Below, in pieces: positions 25,984 to 39,571 of a DNA stretch of 64,000 nucleotides. Location: NCBI RefSeq assembly GCF_018977255.1, contig NW_024704742.1:102548001-102612000 (forward strand), given 5' to 3'. Under the pieces are notes generated by a model. That model saw only the letters and a program-made list of their open reading frames with translations, ran no database searches and was not told where the DNA came from. This DNA is from Callorhinchus milii (taxonomy: Eukaryota). The position numbers and the translations under genes are program-made. The first letter of the stretch is position 1, and each line of letters starts with the position of its first letter.

Positions 25984-26320
25984 GTAAGTCCTGAAACCAA
26001 CTCAGACATTGGGGTAGGGGTAAAAGACCTTGAGAACCGATAGATAAATATCTGAGACTGGGGTGGGATGTGCTAGTTAAATGTTTCCACAATGTAGCGC
26101 AGTGAAAAAATTATTATCCTCGCAAGCACAATTTCTTAGCTTGTAAAAGAATTAAGAGTGGTGTCCCCGCTGACTCATAACATGGATTAGGGGAATGAAT
26201 GCTTGTGAAAATTGCTGTGCGATTACTTTAGTGCCTCGGGCACTGAACTAGCGTGTGGTGGACTGAGTGCAGGAATTGTAATTTAGGCTGATAGTGTGAT
26301 TATATTGCTTCTCCTCTCAG

Positions 26321-26438
26321 ATACAAAACAATATCCGGTATTTTTGGGTCACAAACCAGGACGGAATAACACACAAAGACACAAGCTGGAAATCCAGCTG
26401 ATAATGAAAATGAACCGAACACTCTACATTGCTGCTAG
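26321..26438 (+). CDS. SEMA6A: SEMA6A coding exon 2
   Basis: ctcctctcag|; (Y)TKQYPVFLGHKPGRNNTQRHKLEIQLIMKMNRTLYIAA(R); |gtagga; 118 nt. Confidence 0.96.
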
Positions 26439-27117
26439 GTAGGAATTCTTTCACTAACTTGTCAAATGCAGGCTGGATTTACTTACAAATGCTTTGAAGC
26501 TTCAATCTGGCGTTGGGATGCAAGAGAAGCTGCTCCAACGACTTATCTTGTGTATAAAGGGAGCTGTGCAGATGTGACTCGGTTGTCAATGTGGGGGCAG
26601 TGGGGCCCCACTGGATGCAGGACATGGCTCAGTGCCTGATAGTCCCTACGTAACAAATCCTTGATCTCTGTTCAAGGGAGTTACAGTGCAGAGAGTGAGG
26701 CGAGACTGCAGATGAGGCACCCTGCTGCTGCTTTTGTATTTGTTCTAATGATATTTTACAGAGTGGTGTTGACGGAAGTCACCTGGCCACAATCTGGAAG
26801 AAGAACCTGAAGCAGGAAGGGAAATGGGTCTTTATCATTTCACAATATGCTGCTGTTTTGTTTATTGCTTTGGGAGTTTTACTTACTTCTAGAAATGCAG
26901 AACTGCTGACCACCAAGTTATAGGTACACTTAGGTTTTGATGGCATACTAGAATTGTTGATCACAGACATTAGGTAATTGGTAGTCTGCCCATTTACAAG
27001 AATGAAATAAGAGAAATGCTGTTTGAACAAATTGTACCGTCAAAATCCACTGTCGCAACACTTTACTATACATTCCTGTGAAGCACTTTGAGATGTTCTC
27101 CCAATGTGAAAGGCGAT

Positions 27118-27262
27118 TTCATAGAATCATAGAATATTACAGCACAGGAGGCCATTCAGCCCATCGTGCCTGTGTCGGCTATTTGGAAGAGGTACCCAAT
27201 AAATCTAATTCCTCCGCTGTTTCCCCATACCCTGCAAATTTTTCCTTTCAAATACTTATATT
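27118..27262 (-). mobile_element. CR1 LINE 3' end fragment
   Basis: catagaatcatagaa is the reverse of the CR1 (ATTCTATG)n terminus, followed by ggaggccattcagcccatcgtgcctgtg. Similar CR1 tail remnants at ~20330-20430(+), ~24290-24352(+), ~36690-36740(-), ~41088-41250(-). Confidence 0.8.
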
Positions 27263-28144
27263 TGATTTATGAAATATAAATCTTATTAATGTTATTATTT
27301 TGTTTGCTTTTTTCCCCCCTCAACAAATGTTCTCCTCTGCCCCACCTTTATCTGTAGATATCTCCTCCCCCCCACCCGTCTACTGGAGTTAGATCACTGA
27401 CTGCTTGGCTGTATCTCACTCAAGTAATCATTATTGATTGTCTTAAGCCTTTGTGGTGAGTCTTAGCAAGCTGTCTGACTGCAGCTGAACTCCACCTTGT
27501 CCTCACTTGGCATCACTTCCAGCAAAGATTTCTCACCAGAAGAGATTTCCTATCTCTTTTTCCTCCTCTTGCTAACCCTGAGGCCAATTGAAGTCCAGTA
27601 CCGTTGTCTGGGTGAGAGCAACACAGACTGGAGATCTAACCTTGGATCTTGCCAGTCTAAATGGTTCAGCAAATCACTGCATAAACTCTCTGGTGAAACT
27701 CTTTATTTGCCATTGCAGCTCCCAGATAAGGAGGTAGGTACCGTGTAGTTAAATGGGGCCTGGTAAAGCTGCCTTTGTTTGTAAACAAATGTCCATAAGC
27801 CCTGTCACGTGTGCGCAACCTCATTCTGAAAATGTCTGTGACTTTTCCCGATCCCCCAAATAAATAACTATTTAGATGAAGATCTTACCATTACAATAAA
27901 ATGGCATTGTCATCGGTAACTTTCCATAAACCCAGGGGGCTCTATGTGCATGCTAAGCAGTAGGTTATAGAGGTCATTCTTACATACTGGGGTTGCAAAA
28001 TGCTTTTGGTGCCTGAGATAAAATTAGGGGAGACTAGATTCAATTTTGAAGACTCGACGTCGGAAAATTAACTGTTGCCGCCAGTGTGTGAGACCTGGTA
28101 ACTGGGTTAGTGTAAGGCAGCTGCAGGCTATATTTAATAACATG

Positions 28145-28596
28145 AAGAGAATCCCAGGAACTCATTAATCTTTCCATCAACAGTACGGTAACCGGGTTTG
28201 GGCACTGATTTATGACGTGTATAACCAGTAAGATCAGATTGGTTTGGAAAAGTTCATTAGAAGAGGATTTGGGTGTTCATAATCTGTGTGAGAAGCTCAG
28301 TCCTTCAGGTTGCTCTTAAAGGAGCACTGATGTCAACAGAAATTGTTAATGATTAGTCACAATAAGGCTGTGCTCAAGTGGCATGTAGTTGGCGTTTGAA
28401 GCAATTTTTACTGTAGCATTGCCTTGTTTGCGAAGAAGGCAAAACTTTTCAAACACTTTCAGTACATTTACTTTCCAGCCCTGTAAAGGCAGCAAAGAGA
28501 ATCCCAGGAACTCATTAATCTTTCCATCAACAGTACGGTAACCCGGTTTGGGCACTGATTTATGACGTGTATAACCAGTAAGATCAGATTGGTTTG
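28145..28596 (+). repeat. 102-bp direct duplication (28145-28246 and 28495-28596), 1 mismatch
   Basis: aagagaatcccaggaactc...agatcagattggtttg occurs twice with a 350-bp period; only difference accGggt vs accCggt. Confidence 0.95.
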
Positions 28597-30897
28597 TCAG
28601 TGTGTCAGTGCTTTTTCATGCCAGTAGTGTGAGCTTGATGCTGCTAGTCGCTGTTAGAAGCCTGAGCTCTCTGTACAACTATACAGGCCACCACCACCCT
28701 CCCCTAAAAACAAATCCAGAGATTGGAAATATCCAGTGGTCGGAAAACAATAAGCCCTGAAAGCTGACTGTTTCCACCCCCCTGTGAAATTTGCACACCT
28801 TAATTAATGTAATTTCAGGAGCTTTGCAGTCCCCTTGTGTATAAACTCCTGTGCTGCACTTCAATTGCATGAGGAGACAAAGCAAAATGCAAGAGACGCC
28901 TTGTAAAGGGAAAGCATAACTGAAATTAAATGGAAATCATTTCCCGTAAAAGAAAGCAGGCTAATCTACATATGGTTTTGTAAATACTTGGGTTATCCTT
29001 GAAGCTGGTGTATATTTAACGTGCCCAGTTTTTAAAGGGACACTGACTACAGTATATTTTTCAAAACACTTTGGGTGAGAGATAGCTCTAGGTTTGTCTC
29101 TGACATTGAAGAGGTGGGGGAGAAGACTTTGTGATATTCACGAAAGCTTTAATTATGATTTCTGAGAGCTCTAAAGGTGATGAAAGAAAAAAACAGAGAG
29201 TGAAGCACATCACAGAGATGGAAGCAAGTGGTGTTTCACTCTCCAGAGTAACTCTTTCCACCCTCTTGTGAATATTGGAAATTACCTCCCTCCCCTTAAT
29301 CACAGACAAGTTACACACTGATTGATTTGGGCCTGATTGATGCCTTTGAGTTTGTTACTCGGTCGTTCATGAAGATAATGCACTTTTAATTACCTTCTGT
29401 CTCTCGTTTTATTTAACCGTGTAACAAAAGTAATTTTCCAACTGTGTTATAGAAGAGATTAGCATTTTGTTAACTGCCCTCATTCTAATCCTCTATTGGT
29501 GCTGCTCTGTCACAGTGCTGTACAGTGAATGGGAGGATGATTAAAATAATTCTGTGTCTCTCCGTGCCTGAAACCAAGTCCAAACCCAGAATTTCCGAAT
29601 GACTTATTGTCTTCCTTTCCAGAAAGTCTTTGGCTGATGAGTGGACACCATCTTATATCACCCAAAGATAAAGCATAGAAATGGGTTTAGCATCTCCAGT
29701 TAATTCTTCTTTCTCTGCTATGTTCTTGTAAAGGGACAGTGGGCATGGAGCAATTCAGAAACAGTTACAAATCTGATGGAAGTCATTTTTCTTTGTGAAG
29801 ATTAGTGTACATTTGTATAGAGAAAGCATAGTGCAAGCAATGCAACATTTCACAAAGAAATAAACATTTGTGAACACAAAGGACTTGTCAGTGCAAGGCA
29901 CTAAGTGAGAAGAAATGCATTAGGGTTGAAGCATCCCTTAAAATACCTCTGCAGCTACAGGCGTTTCAACTGAACATTTAGCATAAAGAAAAGGGTTACT
30001 TTGAGCATGGCCTTGTTGTCGGGTGTAAACATTCTGCTGTTCATTGCTTAAAGTCAGACAATCCGATATAAGAGAGTGTCAAGTTAAGAGTATATGCAAG
30101 GGTGGATTTTAAAAGTGCACAGCCAAGGGTTTTGAGTTTGCTGTTCGACTACCTTTCAAGGTGGTGTCTCATATCCACCTTCTCCTCATGCAATTACATT
30201 AGGAGATCTAATTGTATTTGTATTGGAAAGACTTAGTGCGAAGCACTGTGCTGTACATTTTAGAAATTGCATCTCTGACCTTTCTATACATTATGTACAG
30301 CTGTACACTGAATCCCCTTCCTACTATTACATTGGAAGAAGTGATACCATCACCTGAGGCTGTGTTTAACCCTTGGAGGTTAACACAAACAAGCCTGGAG
30401 TCATGTTTACATTTAAGATTTTCCAATACAAACTCACAGATAACTCTGCACAGAGACTGGGAAAGGTGGCTGGAATGTATTGTAGAACACAAACTGTAAT
30501 TCTGAATTGCTGCTGAAACTCTGTAATGAGGAAATGAAGATACACAGTTCCTGAAAAGCCACAAACAATTACGAGGAGCTCGACCCGTTATCTAAAGTAG
30601 GAGAATAAAGTGGAAGAATAGGAAACCGCACAGTTTGCAGTTGAAAATGGATGCACTTAGCTTTATTAAACATGTGGCACATTAAATTGAAATTATTTTA
30701 ACATTTGATTTTTTTATTAATAGTGATTATAATTCTTTTTTTTTAATGAATCTGTAATAGTTGTATGATTATGTGGTGAACCATTAACACTGAATCATTT
30801 GCTCCAGCTGGCCTGCTTTCTGTTTAATGCGATAAGGTTCTGCACACTGTGTTTAAAGTGCTGAAATGAACATGTATCTTCTTTGTTCTATTTATAG

Positions 30898-30958
30898 AGA
30901 CCATATTTACACTGTTGAAATGGATACATCCTTCACAGAGCAGATTAATTTTAACAAA
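30898..30958 (+). CDS. SEMA6A: SEMA6A coding exon 3
   Basis: tttatag|; DHIYTVEMDTSFTEQINFNK; |gtaagt; 61 nt. Confidence 0.94.
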
Positions 30959-31837
30959 GTAAGTAACATGCACTTTTGTTTCTGAGACTGCACAGTGCAA
31001 AACACGCACAACATGCAGAAACCTGATAAGACTAAACTGTGCAGTTCAAATGGGGACAGTTACAATTTCTAGTACAAATAAGTTTAGATAAATCCAAACA
31101 TTAGAATTTCAAAGTACCATTTCCATTAGCTAGCATTATTGGCAGACTTTTCCCAAGCGGAACGCATCCCGGCAAATATGCCATACATTTACGAGAGTCT
31201 CGGCTAAACTTATCTTGTGCATCCCACCTCATTAATATATCTTTCCGAGGCAGAGCCATGTGCATTTCAATATGCAATCTGCTAGTTCTATTGAGTAAAG
31301 CTCCCAGTTTACATAAACCTAAAATATTCATAAATATTTTTCAGTTAGCATGATACAGCAGCATCAGCAATAGAAATATTAGTTTTTTTTAAACAAAATG
31401 TAATTCCACTAAAAATAAATCATTTCCAAATATTTATAGTCAAATCATTAATCACAAATAGTACATGGTACTGGATTTTGAATGTTAATTACTTTTCTGT
31501 GTTGTATACTTAAATAGTACTGTGTGTTAAGATCCAAAGCACTGTATTTTAAATATTGTGCGTCGCATAATAATGGGGCCATGTAAAAAATGGCCAATTA
31601 TCCTGCTTCCGGGTTTTCGGCTTGCCACTGGAAGGTGTCCACCTCAGTGCAACTCAGACTCTTTATTGAGGAATCCAATCAAGAAATTCTCATCACATGA
31701 AATAGTTGGGCAAATGACCCATTTCTATGCTGTATCACTATTTAAATAACGCAATTTACACCCAGACAACTTTCTATATTAAGTATTGGCAGTAGATAAG
31801 ATATATACCATTGTCTTACTCCTTGCTTTCATTCCAG

Positions 31838-31900
31838 AAGTTAACATGGAGGTCGAAACAAGCTGACATAGACATATGCAGAATGAAGGGAAAACGTAAG
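31838..31900 (+). CDS. SEMA6A: SEMA6A coding exon 4
   Basis: attccag|; KLTWRSKQADIDICRMKGKRK; |gtgtgt; 63 nt. Confidence 0.95.
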
Positions 31901-32208
31901 GTGTGTATCATTTCTCTAATGGATGCCACTTTAGTGCTACTCCCCCATGTTTGTTATACTATGACACCATTTTTGTTGGATCACAGATTCTATCACTGTG
32001 TGGTTCAGTAACTCTATGAGCAATCTCATAATAGGCTCCCTTATTGTTGGCTTTACTTGTTATTATATTGAGTCCTTATAAGAGGAAACTTTAGGAGTTG
32101 CATATATATGCAGTCGAAAGCCATAGTTTATGGTAATATTGCACAATGAAGCAATCTGTTTTGATGGGCTGACTAATTTTGCAAATGCTTGTGTTTCTGA
32201 TCCTCTAG

Positions 32209-32310
32209 GATGAATGTCATAATTTCATTAAGTTGCTTCTGAAAAGAAATGATGAGACCTTATTTGTGTGTGGGACGAATGCTTTCAACCCATCCTGCAG
32301 AAATTATAAG
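32209..32310 (+). CDS. SEMA6A: SEMA6A coding exon 5
   Basis: cctctag|; [34 protein letters not shown] (Sema motif [10 protein letters not shown]); |gtacgt; 102 nt. Confidence 0.97.
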
Positions 32311-33129
32311 GTACGTGTGGATAAATGGTTTTAATGAAATGTAGGTCTTAAAGTTTTCTGCTCTGCTTAATGAGCTGGATTTCTTGTCAATTGATTGTGA
32401 CATTACTATGGTCTTTATTATTATTTCATTTTTGATAGTTTTAAAAGATGTGAGTTTTATTAACAATTATTTTGAAGAATTTGCAGACTATTAAAAAAAT
32501 CTTGATCAAAACAAGATGAGAATCCAGCTGCAAACAACCAACCTGATGCAAGCACTTTACAGCCTTGTTTTCATGACTTTATCGATTGCTGCAGGTGTCA
32601 ACAAAGGTCTACCGCATTTGCACTGTAACTTGCAGACCTTGGATGTGGGAGTGCTAAGTTGATGTGAGTGACAACTTACATCAACTTCAGACCCAGTACA
32701 ATGCTGATATACGTCAAGTACACATTGGAATAGAAACAATAATGATGCTTTCACTGAAAAATGTAAGCATTCCCAGTACATTTGACGGCTTTCATTACAG
32801 AAATGGCTTTGAGCAACTTCCATTGGACTGAGATGGTTGGCTGGTCACAATCAGCAAATGTGTTACTGTGATGTCTATGCCTTGTCGGATTGCTTAAAAG
32901 TAGTGTGGATATACCGACTGCTGTCTGTATAGAAAGGGCAGCATCATGTGTGAAATTGGACACAATTTCCAGGAGGTGAGTTAGTTTAGTGTTGTGCAGC
33001 TGTCGTCATTTAGTAATATAGAAAGTGGAGTGATGCTTACCAGACAACTGACTGCTCCCAATGAACTTGTCGATTTTCTTTTAGTTAATTGGGCTACTTT
33101 ACTTTTGTTATTGTAGTTGTTGCTGTTCA

Positions 33130-33338
33130 CCTCAGATTAAAGATCTCATTGAAAAGAGAAGGTGTATCCCCCAGTGTCCTGACCAGCGTCTAGATTTACT
33201 GGTTATTTATTTAATGGCTGTTGAGCACAAATTGGTTCCCATGTTCGCTTACACTACAATCGCTACACTTTACAGAAATTCCTCACTGAGACATTTTCGA
33301 CATTACAAGCAATATGTTAAATTGCAGGGATTATTATA
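33130..33338 (+). mobile_element. Old Deu-type SINE fragment
   Basis: cccagtgtcctgacca...ctggttatttatt...cacaaattggttcccatgttcgcttacactaca...attgcagggattattat. Confidence 0.55.
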
Positions 33339-33689
33339 GCTTTCCAACTTCTCCCATATTACAAAGGAATGAGTGATTTGAAGCTATTGTTTACTGTGTT
33401 TAAATTCAATTATTTTACATTTGGGTAATGGAAAATTCTAACTTGGTAATGGATGATCATTGATCCTGATCAAAGTCAGGAGGTAATGTTAAACATCTTG
33501 TCTACTTATTCCTATGTAACGTGAGCTTCCTGTTCCAAGTTTCTTGGAAGAGAGTTAAAATTCAACAGATAAATATGTGATCACTCCCTTAGGTTGACTG
33601 AAGAAAACTCCTTCAACCCTTTAAACAGCTCAACATTTTACACACCAACCTCATTATAAAACTACCGTGCTTGCCTTATGTCAAAACTT

Positions 33690-34220
33690 TTCAAAGTACT
33701 TCATGTATGAATTATTTTAGTGAAACAATTGTTATGTAGGCAAATATGGCAGCTAATCTGTGCCTGCAATGTCCCATATACAATCAGATAACAACAACAA
33801 TTCCTTGTGTTTATATAGTGCCTTTCACATGGGGTAGTATCTAGGAACACTTAATGGTGGCAGAGCTTGGTGCCGAGGGCGAGGGATTGAGATAGACGGT
33901 TCCAGAGTCTCAGAGCGTAGCGACATTGACAGGAGCCAAGTCTGGAGATGAATTGTTAAATTGGACCTGCTCTCCTTTGGATGAGAGAGAGAGAGAAATA
34001 TTGTCTGGACTTGCAAATTGTGCAAATGGAACTTTGAGTTCCATTCTGAACTGTTAGAACAGCAGGTGAATCCTTGGGGTAATATCTCATCCAAAAGAAA
34101 ACACCTCTGACACAGCATCACTCACTCACTCACTGGAGAGTAAGGCTAAATTATGAGTTCACATTTCAGTAGGGGATTGAAGCCCCAACCTTCGGACTCA
34201 AGAGTTGGTAATACTGGTAC
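33690..34220 (-). mobile_element. Old tRNA/Deu SINE remnant with a nested L2 tail fragment (~33790-33960)
   Basis: gtaggcaaatatggcagctaatctgtgc (Deu core, reverse); caacaacaattccttgtgtttatatagtgcctttcac (L2 tail, reverse); ggattgaagccccaaccttcggactcaagag (tRNA head, reverse). Confidence 0.55.
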
Positions 34221-35604
34221 TGCAGACAGAAATTCACTGGCGAGAGTCCTGCTTACCTCCTTTAACCATGTTAGCTCTGAAGTGTGTGGAAGCTCTGGTG
34301 TGCGTATAGTTTGGTGTGAGACCGGAAATGTAAACGCTGCACATTTGGAGAGATACGATATAAACATTTTTACCCAGTAGCTACAACATTGGAATATTAA
34401 ACACCAAAACAGGAAACTTGAATCCACTCCCCAATTTCAGCATATGTGAATTTTGCTTTTCCTTATGTAGGTTTTACAGTGTGGGTGGTGGGAGAGAAGA
34501 CTGATTGGAGTAGGGTTAGGGGGTGAGGAGTCCCTCCCTGCATTGCCTGACATTACAGCATTGTACAGTTGGATTTGATTTTGAGCCGTGGAGTATGGTA
34601 TGGCATGAGAGGTACAATTCAACTCCCATGCTGGCTTGCTTTGGGAGAAAGCAACGACTGCATATGGGAAAAAGGGAGGACTGCAGTCAATTCCCCTCTT
34701 TATATCAAGAAGAATAGCAGACAATCTTTTAATCTCATTGGTTTACCAGCTGTCAGGGCCTTAATACCTGGAAGGAGCTGAGCATGTGTTCTCTACAGCT
34801 TGGCTTGAATTTTTTTCCGTCTCCTCCGCAGTGCACTTGATGGGGCTTCAATTTCACAGGCAGGCTGGTTTCACGTTAATCATAGTTACCTGATCTAGCA
34901 GAATGAAAGTCAGTCGAACCGCTCAGTAAATGAGCTGTCCATAATCCCCTTCTCCTGGTTATCCTGATCCAATTTCATCCTAACGTTTACCTTTCAAACA
35001 TCACTTGGCAATGAGCAGTGCCTAGCACAGTTTAGCATCTTGTCACAAAAATGATCCAGCAGCCTCTTCACTTCCAGCAGAGCGCAAGCCTTTCGTGGAT
35101 TGCCTGTTGGAGCCATTTGTTAGTGAAGGATGCAACTGCAAGGGTTCTTTTTAATGCTTGCTCCAGCTGTTTTGTGTCTGTGATGGATAAGTGGTGTCGG
35201 TTACATCACCTGTTTGGTTTGCAGTTGCGCTTATGGGAATACTGCTGACCCTGGCAGAAGGTCATTGGGCTGAAAGGTACCTGTAATAAGTGTTATGTTT
35301 TTGTATCTTGTTTTCCACCATTAACTAATGCCTCAGAAATGTCTTATTACACCAAACGTAATCAGATCTGCCTGCACCTTGTCTGTATTTTCACTTATAG
35401 AAAGCTTACAGTACACCACTGGGGAAATTATTTAAAAATACTTATTACATGAGAATTGGAAAAGGGGGCTTGAATATTTCCATAAACTGGTATATTGCTT
35501 GTCCTAATCCCAATTTACCACTTTCCGTAACTTTTAACAAAAAATTACTAGGAAAAGGTCCCTTTTCCTTTGCAAAGCATGATACAGTATAATTTTTTTA
35601 TACA

Positions 35605-35945
35605 ATACACTTCTATTTCTATAGCACCTTTCATATCAGGAAGACATCTCAAAACACTTGACATTGCTTGCTGGGCACCTACACTGGGGGTGGGAGACCA
35701 GGGTAGATGGAGAGGGGAAAGATGACTGAAAGCACAGTCAAAGAGGTACATCTTGAGACAGGCTTTGAATGAGGTGAGAGAGGGAGCGAGTCAGAGGACC
35801 TCCGGCATGGAATTCTGGAAAATGGGGGCTGAATGGCTGAAAGCCTGCCCGCCAATTGTGGGGCGGTAAAGGCCGGGGACGTGAAGTAGGACAGCATTTG
35901 ATGAGCGAAGTGTTGAAGGAGGTCTGAGAGGAAGGGTGGATACCC
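35605..35945 (-). mobile_element. Degenerate L2 3' fragment
   Basis: Minus frame LRSSNAVLLHVPGLYRPTIGGQAFSHSAPIFQNSMP resembles the L2 ORF2 end; L2-type tail at ~35610-35660. Confidence 0.8.
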
Positions 35946-36588
35946 ATATAGTTTGACTCTCTAGTGCTGTTCCTTCATGCAGATGAACTCCTAAAGTGGT
36001 ATATTCTTCCTGATTTGCTGCTTTCATTTATGACAACAAAGTACTGCCATTGGGAAAAGTTCAGGCTTATACATTGTTATTTGTTCTCTTCTTTCTGTTA
36101 TGTGCAATGCACCCATTTGTAAAGGCTACAAAGTGGACCAGAACAATAAAGAACATTACAGTCACTGTGTTTTCTACAGTTAACATTTTCCCTGGATGAC
36201 CTGGCCAGTTAAAGGCTTCCCTTATGGTTCAGTTGGAAAAATCATTATCCAATATGAAACTAAGTTACAAAGACATGAAGCCTGAAATTCTAACTTATCT
36301 TAACATTTAAAATCATATAGAATTGTGGGAAACATTTAAATTCAGTCTTATTTTGGAAGCTGGTTCTTTAGACTAACTGCAGAAAAACAGCTTCCAAATT
36401 CAGACTGAATATAAGAAATTTCTGTAACTTTTGTGCTATCTAAAATTTCTGACAACATAATATTTTGGGGTTAAATCTAGGTGGAATTTTGAGGCTAAGG
36501 AAGGATCCTCTAGGTGGAATTGACCCCTTCTGGAAAGTATGTCTTAATTATATATAGCTTTTTCAAGGAATTGTATGTTGTCTTTCAG

Positions 36589-36679
36589 TTGGATACCCTT
36601 GACTTCCTTGAAGAGGAGATCAGTGGAATGGCAAGATGCCCCTATGATCCAAAACATGCAAATGTGGCACTTTTTGCTG
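36589..36679 (+). CDS. SEMA6A: SEMA6A coding exon 6
   Basis: tctttcag|; [30 protein letters not shown]; |gtaagc; 91 nt. Confidence 0.96.
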
Positions 36680-37683
36680 GTAAGCAATTTCATAGGGTGT
36701 TACAGCATAGAAAGAGGCTATTCGGCCATGTAGTCTGAACCACTGTTTAAACTTCACATGAGCATCCAACCATCCTATTCCCCTCTCCCTTGTCCCTCTA
36801 TTCCCTTCATGCATGAAATAATTGTGTTGTAGAACCCCTTTCTCCTCCCCGACTCCCTCCATGGGACAAAATTGACATTAACTTACTCCAAAAGCAATAA
36901 TTCTTTTGAATAAAATTGTTTGCGCAACATGAAGATCATAGTGACTGAGCAAGAGGTGGGTAGAGGGGAGGGAATGCATAGAGTTCATGTGGAGACTGAA
37001 GCAGTACTGTGACCTAATAAATGCCTCTTATCATTACTGGAGCACATGACCTAGAAATGTCACAGTAGAGAATGGCTTAACCTCAATCACAGGAGGTGGG
37101 GGAAGCAAATCCTTTAAGAGTTGAAAAGAATATTCCAAATGTTATATAGGGAACTTTCAACCCATCACCTGTATTTCTACACCCAAAAATTTAAGCCCAG
37201 AAAGCTCATCGTGCAAATTTCAATCCGGCTGCTAGTTACATATAAATTGAACACCATTTTAACAAGCTTATATCTGACATTTCCTGACACATGCGGAAAC
37301 CTAACTCCATGCTTAAGAGTAGCCAAACCAGACTGAGAGTTCCATCTTTGACGTGAAAATTTCTTTGGAGTGGAATGTGCACTCCTCCCAGGAGAGATAC
37401 ATCCTGAGATACATTCCAGAGAGTATTAGACACAGATTGGTGAGGGTCTAGGCTTGGGCACAAAAAGTGTGTGGAACTGTATTAAATCAGGAGAATGAGC
37501 GAGAATTTGTTTTCAGCAAAAAAAAATAATGTTTTTTTCTTGCCTTTCCTGCTTTGCATAATAAGCTAATAAAATTGCTAGCTTCAAAACTGCACCAGAA
37601 CTAATGTTTTAAGGTACATATAGCATATCCTCCCAACTATTGAAACCTGCGGCCATTGTAGAACACCTTTGTTTTTCTTCCAG

Positions 37684-37803
37684 AAAATAAGCTTTATTCT
37701 GCAACCGTAACAGACTTCCTTGCAATTGATGCCGTCATATATCGGAGCCTTGGAGACAGTCCTACGCTGCGGACAGTCAAGCACGATTCAAAATGGTTGA
37801 AAG
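37684..37803 (+). CDS. SEMA6A: SEMA6A coding exon 7
   Basis: ttcttccag|; (E)[39 protein letters not shown]; |gtgagt; 120 nt. Confidence 0.97.
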
Positions 37804-38094
37804 GTGAGTTAGTGAGATGGTTTAATTTAAAGGAAATCGATAGCGTTGATATGAAATGCATAATAATATATAGACAAATAAATGTAAAAATTAATGTTCG
37901 TACCCCTTGCCGCCTCTGTTGCGAAGTAAATAGCTCGCCGTGTAACTGACTGATAGAGATAGGAAGGTCTCAGCTTTGAACCCAGGTCTATGCTGAGTTA
38001 CCTGAGCTCTGCCAGAGGTGATGCTAGAAGTGCTACACCTGATTTTTTTGTTCCGGGGGTGGATAGTAAAATGCACGTTAGGGCTTCATGCTCT

Positions 38095-38225
38095 TAATTT
38101 GTTTTGCCCACAAAATACACAGTCTATCCATTTTACAGTATATTCTGTGAAGCACTTTCAGACGTCTCAATGATGTAATAAGGAGCTATGTCAAATGAAA
38201 GGATTGTTGTTATGATGATTATGAT
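38095..38225 (+). mobile_element. SINE tail fragment
   Basis: gcccacaaaatacacagtc...tttacagtatattctgtgaagcactttcagacgtctcaatgatgt...aaatgaaaggattgttgtt. Confidence 0.8.
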
Positions 38226-38889
38226 TGTATCTATTTTCTCCCACAATTTCTGTAAGGTTTGCATGTATAGATCTTTATAAGTTTTATGTGTAGTGGCTTA
38301 TAATGATTTTGTGACCTGCTGGGATATCGTATAATACTTCTCAAATTGGCTATTGGGTAACAACTGGACCACGCAGATCAGAAAGTTTGCTGAGTTCATT
38401 TACGAATTCTGGATGTTGAGTGAGGACCGAATCAGACTCTGATGTCATGCAGCACCTTGTTGAATAGTCTGCCAACTCTCACTGGCTAGGCTTCTAAGAA
38501 AGGTTACTTCCATGCAGTACTGGAGGGCATGCATGCTGAAGGAACCATTTAGAGAAAAAAAAGAATTTAAAGTCTTGTGCAATAGACAATTCACTGTTCA
38601 TTTAATTGTCAAGTGTGTTCCTGTGGGAGTCATGCACAGTACCATTAAACAGTGTCCTATGGGTGTTGTTCTGCTCTCTTATGTGTAAATTAAACTGCCT
38701 GATTTCAGTACTAACGTATTGAATGGGATCATAGAGAATAACTCATTATAGTCTTTATCTGTGTCACTACTGGACCCTCTTTCACGGCTATGTTTAATAC
38801 ACCTTGGGAAGTCCTCACAAGGTGAAAGACACTATACAAATGTAAATTTGTATTGTATTAATAATATGTTTTTCCTTGTTAATTTGCAG

Positions 38890-38978
38890 AGCCTTATTTT
38901 GTCCAGGCTGTGGATTATGGGGATTATATCTACTTCTTCTTTCGGGAAATAGCTGTCGAGTACAACAGCATGGGAAAG
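38890..38978 (+). CDS. SEMA6A: SEMA6A coding exon 8
   Basis: tttgcag|; (E)[29 protein letters not shown]; |gtagag; 89 nt. Confidence 0.97.
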
Positions 38979-39427
38979 GTAGAGATCAAAATGACTTTTG
39001 AATGACTGGGGATTATGATCAGTAAAAGATATAGAACTCTAGGAGCCTTATCCCTTGTAAGACTCTGTTGATGTACCATGACCTCATTAACATGGACTGT
39101 TTATGGCCTCTTTACTAACAAAGGATCCATCTAAACTATTCTTCTTACAAGCTGCATTATAATGTAGCATTTATCAGTTAGAAGAGGGAAAGGTTGCTCT
39201 ATGTACTTTTATAGTGCAGTTCTCAATGCCTTATATTGATTTTATGATCTTTTGTTGAAATGTCTTATATATTCCCAAACAAGCCTTTAGGCTCTTTCTT
39301 CCTTCTGGTGGCTTTTCCAGTGGGCTATTGGGCAAAAACTGTGCAACATGGATAAGAAGGTTGCTGATTTTATTCCAGCTTTGTGCTGAGTTGACTGATC
39401 TTAGGCAGGATAGTCATTAGATTGCTA

Positions 39428-39571
39428 TAATAAAACTAGAAGTCGCTGGGAACACACAGCAGGTCAGGCAGCATCTATGGGGAGAGGAAAATGAGTTAAC
39501 GTTTCAGGTCGATAACCTTTCGCCTGACTATTCCAAGATTTCCAGCATCTGCAGTATTTTGCCTTTTATTT
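39428..39571. mobile_element. 144-bp Penelope-like (PLE) repeat remnant with 12-bp target-site duplication and partial hammerhead motif
   Basis: TSD ATTAGATTGCTA at 39416-39427 and 39572-39583; internal inverted repeats (gtcaggc/gcctgac); minus strand ...CGA-AAGGTT-ATC-GACCT-GAAACGTTA. Confidence 0.7.

Noticed and set aside
28145-28596. LTR/TRIM element or CRISPR-like repeat-spacer unit
   Set aside because: Only two copies, no TG..CA ends, primer-binding site, polypurine tract or TSD seen; vertebrate intron with no cas genes.
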